A DNA stretch of 64,000 nt from Squalus acanthias. Its lineage: Eukaryota. The position numbers and the translations under genes are program-made. Positions 50,533 to 61,171 of this stretch are shown in pieces (position 1 is the stretch's first letter; each line of letters starts with the position of its first letter). The stretch is taken from assembly GCA_030390025.1 (NCBI GenBank), contig CM059427.1:187116001-187180000 (forward strand), in the 5' to 3' direction. The notes under the pieces were generated by a model. That model saw only the letters and a program-made list of their open reading frames with translations. It was not told where the DNA came from and made no database searches.

Positions 50533-53500
50533 AAAGTCAGAGAGTCATAGAGTTATACAGCACAGAAAGAGGCCCTTCGGCCCATCGTGTCTGCGCCGGC
50601 CATCAAGCCCTACCTATTCTAAACCCATTTTCCAGCACTTGGTCCGTAGCCTTGTATGCTATGGCGTTTCAAATGCTTATCTAAATGCTTCTTGAATGTT
50701 GTGAGGGTTCCTGCCTCTACCACCCTTTCAGGCAGTGAGTTCCAGATTCCAACCACCCTCTGGGTGAAAAAGCTTTTCCTCAAATCCCCTCTAAGCCTCC
50801 TGCCCCTTCCCTTGAAACTATGCCCCCTGGTTAATGACTCCTATAGTATGGGGAAAAGTTCCTTTCTATCTACTCGATCTATGCCCCTCATAATTTTGTA
50901 CACCTCAATCAGGTCCCCCCTCAGCCTTCTCTGCTCTGAGGAAAACAACCCCAGCCTGTCCAGTCTCTCTTCATAGCTGAAGCGCTCCAGCCCAGTTAAC
51001 ATCCTGGTGAATCTCCTCTGCACCCTCTCCAATGCAATCACAGCCCTTCTATAGCGTGGCGACCAGAACTGCACACAGTATTCCAGCTGTGGCCTAACTA
51101 ACGTTTTGTACAACTCTATCATAACCTCCCTGCTCTTATATTCTATACCTCGGCTAATGAAGGCAAGTATCCCATATGCCTTTTTAACCTCCTTACCTAC
51201 CTGTCCTGCTGCCTTCAGGGATCTATGTACATGCACACCAAGGTCCCTCTGATCCTCTGTCCTTCCTAGGATCCTACCATTCATTGTGTATTCCCTTGCC
51301 GTGTTTGTCCTCCCAAAATGCATCACCTCACACTTTTCAGGTTTAAATTCCATTTGCCACTGTTCTGCCCATCTCGCCAACCCGTCTATATTGTCCTGTA
51401 GCCTGAGGCTTCCCTCCTCGCTATTTACCACTCCACCAATTTTCATGTCATCTGCGAACTTACTGATCATACCTCCTACATTCAAATCTAAATCATTAAT
51501 GTACACTACAAACAGCAAAGGACCCAGCACCGATCCCTGCAGTACACCACTGGATACAGGCTTCCAGTCATAAAAACAACCTTCGACCATCACCCTCTGC
51601 CTCCTGCCACTAAGCCAATTTTGGATCCAATGTGCCAAATTGCCCTGGTTCCCATGGGCTCTTACATTTTGAGCAGTCTCCCATGCGGGACTTTGTGAAA
51701 AGCCTTACTGAAGTCCATGTAGACTACATCAACTGCACTACCCTCATCCACACACCTAGTCACCCCCCCGAAAAATTCAATCAAATTGGTTGGACATGAT
51801 CTCCCCCTGAAAAAGCCATGCTGACTATCCTTGATTAATCCTTGCCTCTCCAAGTGAAGACTAATTCTGTCCCTCAGAATTTTTCCAATAATTTCCCTAC
51901 CACTGATGTTAGGCTCACTGGCCTTTAATTCCCTGGTTAATCCCTACTACCCTTCTTGAATAATGATTCTACGTTAGCTGTCCTCCAGTCCTCTGGCACC
52001 TCCCCTGTGGCCAGAGAGGTTCTGAAAAGTTGTGTCAGAGCCCCTGCAATCTCCTCCCTTGCCTCACACAGCAGCCTGGGATACATCTCATCTGGGCCTG
52101 GGGATTTATCCACATTTAAGCCCGCTAAAACCGCTGGTACCTCCTCCCTCTCAATACTAATTTGTTCAATTATATCACAATCCCCCTGCCTGATTTCTAT
52201 GCCTACATCATCCTTCTCCATAGTGAACACAGATGCAAAATATTCATTTAAATCCTCACCCACATCTTCCAGCTCTACACACAGATTGCCATTTTGGTCC
52301 ATAATGGGCCCTACTCTTTCCCTGGTTATCCTGTTGCCCTTAATATACTTAGAAAACACGTTGGGATTTTCCTTTATTTTGCCCGCCAGTGTTTTTTCAT
52401 GCCCTCTCTTCACTCTCTGAATTTCTTTTTTAAGTACTCCCCTGCTCTTTCCATACTCCTCTAGGGCTTCCACTGTTTTTAGTCCTTTGTATCTGCCAAA
52501 AGCCTCCCTTTTTTTCCTAATCCATTCTTGTATATCCCTTGACATCCAGGGTTCCCTGGGCTTGTTGGTCCCACCCTTGACCTTTACGGAAACATGTTGG
52601 CGTTGTACTCTCTCCATTCCCTTTCTGAAAGACTCCCACTGCTCTGCTGTGGATTTTCCTACAAGTAGCTTATCCCAATACACTTTGACCAGATCCTGCC
52701 TTATCAGATTAAAATCAGCCTTCCCCCTCTTCAGAACCTTTATTTCTGATCCATCTTTGTCCCTTTCCATGACTACCTTAATTCTCACCGAATTATGGTC
52801 ACTGTCACCAAAATGCTCTCCTACTGACACTTCTACCACTTGCCTGGCTACATTCCCTAGAATTAGGTCCAGTACTGCCCCCTCTCTTGTAGGACTTTCT
52901 ACATGCTGGCTCAAAAAGCTCTCCTGGATGCACTTTAAGAATTCCGCACACTCTAAGCCTTTCCCACTCTGACTATCCAGTTAATAGTGGGGAAGTTGAA
53001 ATCCCCTACTATTATTATCCTATTATTTCTACACTTCTCTGAGATTTGCATACATATCTGTTCCTCTATCTCCCCCTGACTGTTTGGGGGCCTATAGTAC
53101 ACTCCCAGCAAAGTGCTTGCCCCCTTTTTGTTTTTATGTTCTACCCATATGGCCTCATTAGAGGAACCTGCTAAGATATCATCCCTCCTTACAGCAGTAA
53201 TTGACTCCTTGATTAATATTGCGACTCCCCTCCTCTTTTACACCCCCCTCTGTCTCGCCTGAAGATTCTATACCCCGGAATATTGAGCTGCCAGTCCTGC
53301 CCCTCCTTCAACCATGTCTCTGTGATAGCAACAATATCATAGTCCTATGTGTTCATCAACACCTTCAATGCATCTGCCTTACCAGCAAGACACCTTGCAT
53401 TAAAATAAATGCCATCCAGCCTTGCCATACTCCCTTGTGCCTTTACATATTTGCTCTGCCTTCCAGGCTGACTTGTTTTTTCCTCTATATTTGGCTGTGC

Positions 53501-56500
53501 ATCACACTCTACTATAGCTCCACTCCGTATCCCATCCCCCTGCCAAGTTAGTTTAAACTCGCCCCCCAACAGCACTAGCAAACCTCCCTGCAATGATCTT
53601 GGTCCTGTTCCGGTTCAGGTGCAACCCGTCCAACTTGTACAGGTCCCACCTTCCCCAGAAGCAGACCCAGTGATCCAGGAAACTAAAGCCCTCCCTCCTG
53701 CACCAACTCTTTAGCCATACATTCATCTGCTCTATCCTTCTATTCCTATACTCACTAGCACATGGCACCGGGAGTAATCCAGAGATTACAACCTTTGAGG
53801 TCCTGCTTTTTAATCTGCTACCAAGCTCCCTAAATTCTTTTGTTGCAGGACCTCATCCCTCTTTCTACCCATGTCGTTGGTACAAATGTGAACCACGACC
53901 TCTGACTGTTCGCCCTCCCCATTCAGAATGCACTGCAGCCGTTCAGTGACATCCTTGACCCTGGAACCAGGGAGGCAACATACCATCCTGGAGTCACGTC
54001 TGTGGCCACAGAAACGTCTATCTGTTACCCTCACGATAGAATCCCCCATCACTATTGCTCTCCCATTCTATTTCCTCCCCTCCTGTGCAGCTGAGCCACT
54101 CGTAGTGCCACAGACATGGCTCTTGCTGCATTCCCCTGAGAAACCATCTCCCCCAGCAGTATCCAAAACTGAAAATCTGTTGGAGAGGGAGATGGACCCA
54201 GGGGACTCCTGCACTACCTTCCTAGTACTTTTACTCTGTCTGGCGGTCACCCATTCCCTCTCTGCCTGTGCACTCTTTACCTGCGTTGTGACCACCTCAT
54301 TAAACGTGCTATCCACGAAGATCTCAGCTTCGCGGATGCTCCACAGTGACTCCAGCCACAGTTCCAGCTCCGAAGCGCGGATTTCGAGTAGCTGCAGCTG
54401 GAGACACCTCCTGCACATGTGTTCGCCCTGAACACCGAAAGTGTCCCTGACTTCCCACACAGCATAGGAGGAGCACTCCATGAAGCCGAGCTGCCCTGCC
54501 ATGTCCTACCCTTAACTTACTCCCTTTACTTCCTTTAAATTAAAGAATTGTAAATACACTAGGGACCTTACTTCACTTTAAACACTACTTACTCTAAACT
54601 AGAGACCTTACTTTTACTTCAACGACTGGACGGTAGAAATACTCACCAGGTCCTATTTACCAATCAGCTCCTTCCCTGGCTGTGACGCCACTTTAGCAGT
54701 TTCGCAGTTAGAAGCATAGAAGCACAGAAGATAGGAGCAGGAGTAGGCCATTCAGCCCCTCGAGCCTGCTCCACCATTTAATGAGATCATGGCTGATCAT
54801 CCAAATTCAGTACCCTGTCCCTGCTTTCTCCCCATATCCCTTGATCCCTTTAGCCTTAAGAAATATATCTATCTCCTTCTTGAATATATTTAATGAATTG
54901 GCCTCAACTGCCTTCTGTGGTAGAGAATTCCACAGGTTCACTACTCTCTGGGTGAAGAAATTCCTCCTCATCTCAGTCCTAAATGGCTTACCCCTTATCC
55001 TTAGTCTGTGACCCCTGGTTCTGGAATCCCCCGCCATCGGGAACATCCTTCCTGCATCTAGTCTGTCTAGTCCTGTTAGAATTTTATAAGTTTCAATGAG
55101 ATCCCCTCTCATTCTTCTAAACTAGCGAATATAAGCCGAATCGACCCAATCTCTCTTCATACGTCATTCCTGCCATCCCAGGTATCAGTCTGGTAAATCT
55201 TCGCTGCACTCCCTCCATGGCAAGAACATCCTTCCTCAGATAAGGCGACCAAAACTGCACACAATTCTCAAGGTGTGGTCTCACCAAGGCCTTGTACAAC
55301 TGCAGCAAGACATTCTTGCTCCTGTACTCGAATCCTCTCGCTATGAAGGCCAACATACCATTTACCTTCTTAATTGCCTGCTGCACCTGCATGCTTACCT
55401 TCAGCGACTGGTGCACAAGGACTCCCAGATCTCGTTGCACTTCCCCTTTTCCCAATCTTTTGCCGTTCAGATAATAATCTGTCTTCCTGGTTTTGGCCCC
55501 AAAGTGGATAACCTCGCATTTATCCACATTATACTGCATCTGCCATGCATCTGCCCAATCGCCCAACCTGTCCAAATCATACTGGAGTTTCTCTGCATCC
55601 TCCTCACAGCACACACGCCCACCCAGCTTTGTGTCATCTACAAACTTAGAGATATTACATCTAGTTCCCTCGGCTAGATCATTAATATATATTGTGAATA
55701 GCTGGGGTCCTAGCACTGATCCCTGCGGTACCCCACTAGTCATTGCCTGTCACTCGGAAAAAGACCCGTTTATTCCAACTCTTTGCTTCCTGTCTGCCAA
55801 CCAGTTCTCTATCCAAGTCAGTGCCTTACCTCCAATCCCAATTGCTTTACCTTTGCACGCTAATCTCTTATGCGGGACCTTATCAAAAGCCTTCTGAAAG
55901 TCCAAATACACCAAAACCACTGGTTCTCCCTTTTCTATTCTACCAGTTACATCCTCAAAAAATTCCAGTAGATTAGTCAGGCATGATTTCCCTTTTGTAA
56001 ATACATGTTGACTTTGTCCGATCCTGTCACTGTTTTCCAAGTGCTCTGCTATTACATCTTTTATAATGACTCTAGCATTTTGCCCACTACCGATGTGAAG
56101 CTTATAATTCCCCGTTTTTTCTCTACCACCTTTTTTAAAAGGTGGGGTTACATTAGCTACCTTCCAATCCATGGGAACTGTTCCAGAGTCTATAGAATTT
56201 TGAAAGATGACCAGCAATGCATCTACTATTTCTAGGGCCACTTCCTTAAGTACCCTAGGATGTAGATTATCAGGCCCTGGGGATTTATTTGCCTTCAATC
56301 CCGTTAATTTCTCTAAAACCATTACCCTACAAATACTGATTTCATTCAATTCCTCCCTCTCATTAGACCCTATGTTCCCCGACATCTCTGGGAGGTTATT
56401 TGTGTCCTCCTTTGTGAAGACAGAACCGAAGTATGTATTTATTTGGTCTGCCATTTCTTTGTTCCCCATTATAAATTCCCCTGATTCTGACTGCAAAGGA

Positions 56501-57162
56501 CCTACGCTTGACTTCACCAATCTTTTTCTCTTCACATATCTATAGAAGCTTTTACAGTCAGTTTTTATGTTACCTGCAAGCTTAGTCTCATATTCTATTT
56601 TCCCCCTCTTAATTAATCCCTTTGTCCTCCTTTGCTAAATCCTAAACTGCTCCCAATCCTCAGATTTGCTGCTTTTTCCGGCCAAATTATATGTCCTCTC
56701 CTTGGATCTTATGCTATCCCTAATTTCCCTTGTTAGCCACGGTTGAGTCACCTTTTTGTTTTATTTTCATGACAAACAGGGATGAACAAATTCTGTAGCT
56801 CATCCATGCGATCTTTAAATGTTTCCCATTGCCTATCCACCATCAACCCTTTAAGTAACTCTCCCCAATCCATCCTAGCCAACTCGCGCCTCATACCATC
56901 GTAGTTTCCTTTATTTAAATTCAGGACCTAAGTCTCTGAATCAACGACTTCATTCTCCATCTTAATGAAAAATTCCATCATGTTATGATTGCTCCTCCCC
57001 AAGGGGCCTCGCACAACAAGATTGCTAATTAAATTTGGTTGACTACTCCCGCTCCCGGACTCTTTCCCAACTCGCAGCACTCCAGTGTCTGGCCTACTCT
57101 GCAGCGCTCCTTTATGGCCGCTCCGCCTTCTCTCAGGTCCCGCTGCCGCTCCCACAGAGGTC
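50533..57162 (-). mobile_element. Full-length CR1 'B' nested in A (50533-54710 + ~57029-57162)
   Basis: 6-bp TSD CGCCTT (50527-32, 57163-68). ORF2 and ORF1 fragments are present. The 5' UTR is split by CR1 C. Confidence 0.85.
54711..57028 (-). mobile_element. 5'-truncated CR1 'C' nested in the 5' UTR of B
   Basis: RT ORFs at 54807-56535. Highly similar to 795-4194. Flanked by TTA. Confidence 0.88.
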
Positions 57163-59024
57163 CGCCTTCTACCTGCCCAGCTTCATTCCCTAAAAATAAG
57201 TCCAGAACCGCCCCCTCCCTATTTGGGTTTGCTACATATCGGCTAAAAATGTTCTCCTGGATGCATTTTAGGAATTCCGCACCCTCTATACGCTTGACTC
57301 TAATTTTATCCCAGTTAATATTGGGGTAGTTGAAATCCCTTACTATTACTGCCCTATAGTTTTTGCACTTCTCAGAAATTTGTCTACTTATTTGCTCTTC
57401 TATCTCCCTCTCACTGTTTGGGGGTCTATAGTACACTCCCAGCAGTGTGATCGCCCCTTTTTTGTTTTTCAATTCGACCCATATGGTCTCGTTTGATGAT
57501 CCCTCCAACATATCATCCCTCCTCACAGCTGTAATAGTTTCTTTAATCAATACTGCGACACCCCCTCCCTTTTTACCTCCCTCTCTATCCCGTCTGAAAA
57601 TCCTGTAACCAGGAATGTTGAGCTGCTTTACAAGCCCTTCTTTCAGCCACGTCTCTGTAACAGCTATAATATCATAGTCCCAAGTATCTACCTGTGCCCT
57701 CAGCTCATCTGCCTTGTTCGCTATACTCCTTGCATTGAAGTATATACCATTTAGTACAGGCAAACCTCCTTATTGACTACTATCTAGCCCTTGATTCCTC
57801 TGTCCTTCCAATTTACTTTCTACATTTTTGTTTTCCAATTCCGGCTTTTCTTCCCTCCCTACCGACTCTATTCTTAGGTTCCCATCCCCCTGCCAAGCTA
57901 GTTTAAACCCTCCCCAACAGCACTAGCAAACCCTCCCGCGAGGATATTGGTCCTGTTCCCGTTGAGGTGCAACCCATCTGGCTTGTAGAAGTCCCACCTC
58001 CCCCAGAAATGGTTCCAACTCCTCAGGAATCTAAAGCCCTCCCTCCTATACCATCTCTCCAGCCACGCATTCATCTGCTCTATCCTCCTATTTCTGTACT
58101 CACTAGCACGTGGCACTGGTAGTAATCCAGAGATTACTACCTTTGAAGTCCTGCTTTTTAACCTCTTTCCCAGCTCCCTAAACTCTGCCTGCAGGACCTC
58201 ATCCCTCTTTCTACCTATGTCGTTGGTACCGATATGGACCATGACCTCTAGGTGTTCACCCTCCCCCCTCAGAATGCCCTGCAGCCGTTCAGTGACATCC
58301 TTGACCCTGGAACCAGGGAGGCAACATACCATCTTGGAGTCATGTCTGCGGCCGCAGAAACGCCTGTCTGCACCCCTCACTATTGAATCCCCTATCACTA
58401 TTGCTCTCCCTCTCCTCTTCCCCCCGCCCCCCGCCTGTGCAGCTGAGCCTTCCATGGTGCTGTGGACTTGGCTCTGGCTGCACTCCCCAGAGGAACCATC
58501 TCCCTCACCAGTACTCAGCACCAAATACTGGTTGGTGAGCAAGATGGGCTCAGGGGACTCCTGCACTACCTGCCTGGTCCTCCTCTTCTGTCTGGCGGTC
58601 ACCCATTCCCTCTTTGCCTGCACACTCTTAAGCTGCGGGGTGACCACCTCCCGAAACGTGCTATCCACGTGGCTCACAGCCTCTCGGATGCACAGCAGTG
58701 ACTGCAGCCGCCGCTCAATCACCGTAACCCGGTGCTCGAGCTGCTGTAGCTGGCGACACTTCCCGCACGTGGTCGTCCAGACCATGGGAGGTGTCCAGGA
58801 CTTCCCACATGGCACAGGATGTGCATTCCCCGGGTGTGAGCTGCCCTGCCATACCTCTAATTAACAGACTATTTTCTAACCGAGCTGGAATAAACTTAAA
58901 ACTTTAAGAAAGCCAAGTATAAACACTTACCAGATACTCACCAATCAGCTCCTTCACCTTGTGCCGACGTCACTTTTGATTTCTGACGTCACTCTTTGAA
59001 AATTCTGCCGGTGCTGAGTTGGTA

Positions 59025-59307
59025 CCGCCACCACCACCTCGCCGCTCCTCCCAGGTCCGCACTGCCGCCACCGCCACCTCGCCGCTCCTCCCAGGTCCGC
59101 ACTGCCGCCACCGCCACCTCGCCGCTCCTCCCAGGTCCGCACTGCCGCCACCGCCACCTTGCCGCTCCTCCCAGGTCCGCACTGCCGCCACCGCCACCTC
59201 GCCGCTCCTCCCAGGTCCACACTGCCGCCACCACAGCCTCGCCGCTCCTCCCAGGTCCACACTGCCACCGCCACCTCGCCGCTCCTCCCAGGTCCGCACT
59301 GCCGCCG
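59025..59307. repeat. 40-bp tandem repeat x7 at the CR1 A 5' end
   Basis: Unit CCGCCACCTCGCCGCTCCTCCCAGGTCCGCACTGCCGCCA. Confidence 0.97.
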
Positions 59308-59562
59308 CTGCTGCTGCTGCTGATCGATTGTTGGATTTCATTGAGTTAAAATGTTGCTTCTACTTTAATACTTTGTCTTGCGCGCTCTTCAGAGATGCGA
59401 TGATAAATTCAGAGATAGTTTAACAATCTTTAGTAAAATAGATCTTTGTGATGCTGGTCCACTATAAAAGGCTTCAAGCACAATACAGCAGCCCATTTAT
59501 TCAGTCATTTTAGTCATTTATAGATCACAAATTTGCAATAGGATTGGCTGTTTAGAAATAAT

Positions 59563-60240
59563 GGTCCATAATTTGTGGTCAGCGACAAAGCAAAGGCATT
59601 CGCCGCTGACCCCGAAGAAAGTTGCCCATCGAGATCCCGCGGTCTCTGTGGTGAGAAGTTTGCCTTTTTTGACGTTCAATTGATTGCAGCGCTCTGTCAT
59701 GGGGATTCCTAGTGAGGAGCTGCTGTGACATTAACAAGCCGTCTAAGCAGCCAATCACATTGAATAACTCTCACAGACAGCAAACCAGGAAATGAGAAGT
59801 TGCTTTTATCCGGACTTTTTAAAAATGTTACAGTGAGCGAAATAAAGATTGGGACTTTCACATGGGGATAAGGTAGAAGCTAAAATACCATCAACAAACT
59901 TTCAAAAAAAATCAAGTTTAAAAAAATTGTAGCAGTCAATACACTGTTAAAACTATTCCAACAAGGCTTAACCATTAATGGGATATTTAACAGCGATATT
60001 AGCGCGGAGAATCCCAAGTTTTCGTCAGTTTCATTGATTTCACTGATTACACGGATTGCTGGCTATGGTCGGGGGGTCCACAGCCCAGCCAGTGTCGGAG
60101 CAGTGAATGAGAGACCGCAACTTCAGGATTTCTGCGTTTAGATGCGCATGCGCTTAATCCTGAAGTTGTTGTCAGTTTCAATGGGGTAATGACAGCGAAC
60201 GTTCCAGTTCGCCATCGTTACTCACCACAAATTCCAGGCT
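59563..60240. mobile_element. Harbinger-type MITE, family 2
   Basis: The right end accacaaattccaggct is nearly the reverse complement of the 46411 left end. Shared internal blocks (gcagccaatcac, aataaagattggga, gaccgcaacttc). TSD not clear. Confidence 0.75.
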
Positions 60241-60534
60241 ATAATGAATCACGGAAACAAAGTAAACAAGTAGCAACAAGTGCGGATGTCAGGATCAGGC
60301 TTGGCTTTGAGACTCCACATGATCATATAGCTTCCCAACACCTCATATCCAGACTCACAGATGAAGAATCAATATTTGAGTTATTTAATGGAGGACTGTC
60401 AGTACTTGTGGAACCAGAACCGAGTGAGAGTCAGGAGAGGTGGGAGAAAAGAGAATAAAGAGATTAAAATTGGAAAAGATATAATCTGCACCAATAGATC
60501 TACGGTGTTAATGCTCCAATTTATGAGATAACTT

Positions 60535-60912
60535 GGCAGCACAGTCACTTCGGAGGCAGAAAGTTGTGGGTTCAAGCCCCATTACAGACTTTGAGCATGT
60601 ACTCTAGACTGACACTTCAGGGGGAGGACTGCATTTTTGAAACAGCTGTCTTTCAGCAGAGAACTGTTTAGGTGAATGTTAAAGCTATCATCGTATCATT
60701 TGAAGGAGAGCAGGAAGTTGTGCTGACAAAAATTCTTCGCGCAACCAAAACGACCACAAGAGATTAACTGGTCTTTATCTCATTTCCTGCTTTTGGGACC
60801 TTGAATTGTGTTTGTTTACCTGACAACAATACTTCCACTTTAAAAGTAATTGATTACTTGCTTTGGGATATGTTCAGGCACAATATTTATATACAGATGC
60901 AAATCTTTATTT
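60535..60912 (+). mobile_element. Old Deu-domain SINE abutting exon G
   Basis: gggttcaagcccc B-box, gctgtctttcag core and tail tatacagatgcaaatcttt. Colinear with 41285-41712. Confidence 0.7.
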
Positions 60913-60930
60913 CCTTCTTATTCTCTGCAG

Positions 60931-60987
60931 ACACAGAAAGAGAAGATATTCATTACGGATCTATCTCATTTCAGAGAAAAGCACCAG
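60931..60987 (+). CDS. IgSF receptor exon G: cytoplasmic exon with ITIM IHYGSI
   Basis: Strong acceptor ttccttcttattctctgcAG, phase 1. DTEREDIHYGSISFQRKAP. It ends either at the weak donor G|GTAGTG (60988) or reads through GSEN to TAA at 60999-61001. Confidence 0.8.
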
Positions 60988-61171
60988 GTAGTGAAAACTA
61001 ACATTGCAATTTTTTTTTCATTTTTGCATCCTTCAAAGGCACCAGTGGGCCATTTTTCCATTTGCCGCACACATACATCTTGTGCCCTCTGAGTGAAATT
61101 GTCAATAATGTTTAATTAGGGAAAGTATTGTGCTGTAGGTCCATTCCTAGTAGGAACTACATTGAGACTGC

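Larger units (their letters stand above)
47478..59310 (-). mobile_element. Full-length CR1 'A' (47478-50532 + 57163-59310), host of nested insertions
   Basis: (ATGATTCT)n tail, RT, APE (57029-57763), esterase ORF1 (57898-58815) and a 5' monomer array. Rejoins at the duplicated CGCCTT. Confidence 0.88.

Noticed and set aside
58954-59423. Overlapping Gly/Ala/Pro-rich ORFs
   Set aside because: These are translations of the stop-free GC-rich 40-bp repeat.
7413-60987. Naming the gene CD4 or LAG3
   Set aside because: There is no Lck-binding CxC/CxH, the tail is multi-exon with ITIM-type motifs, D1 is not visible and there is no synteny in the window. A family resemblance does not justify a symbol.
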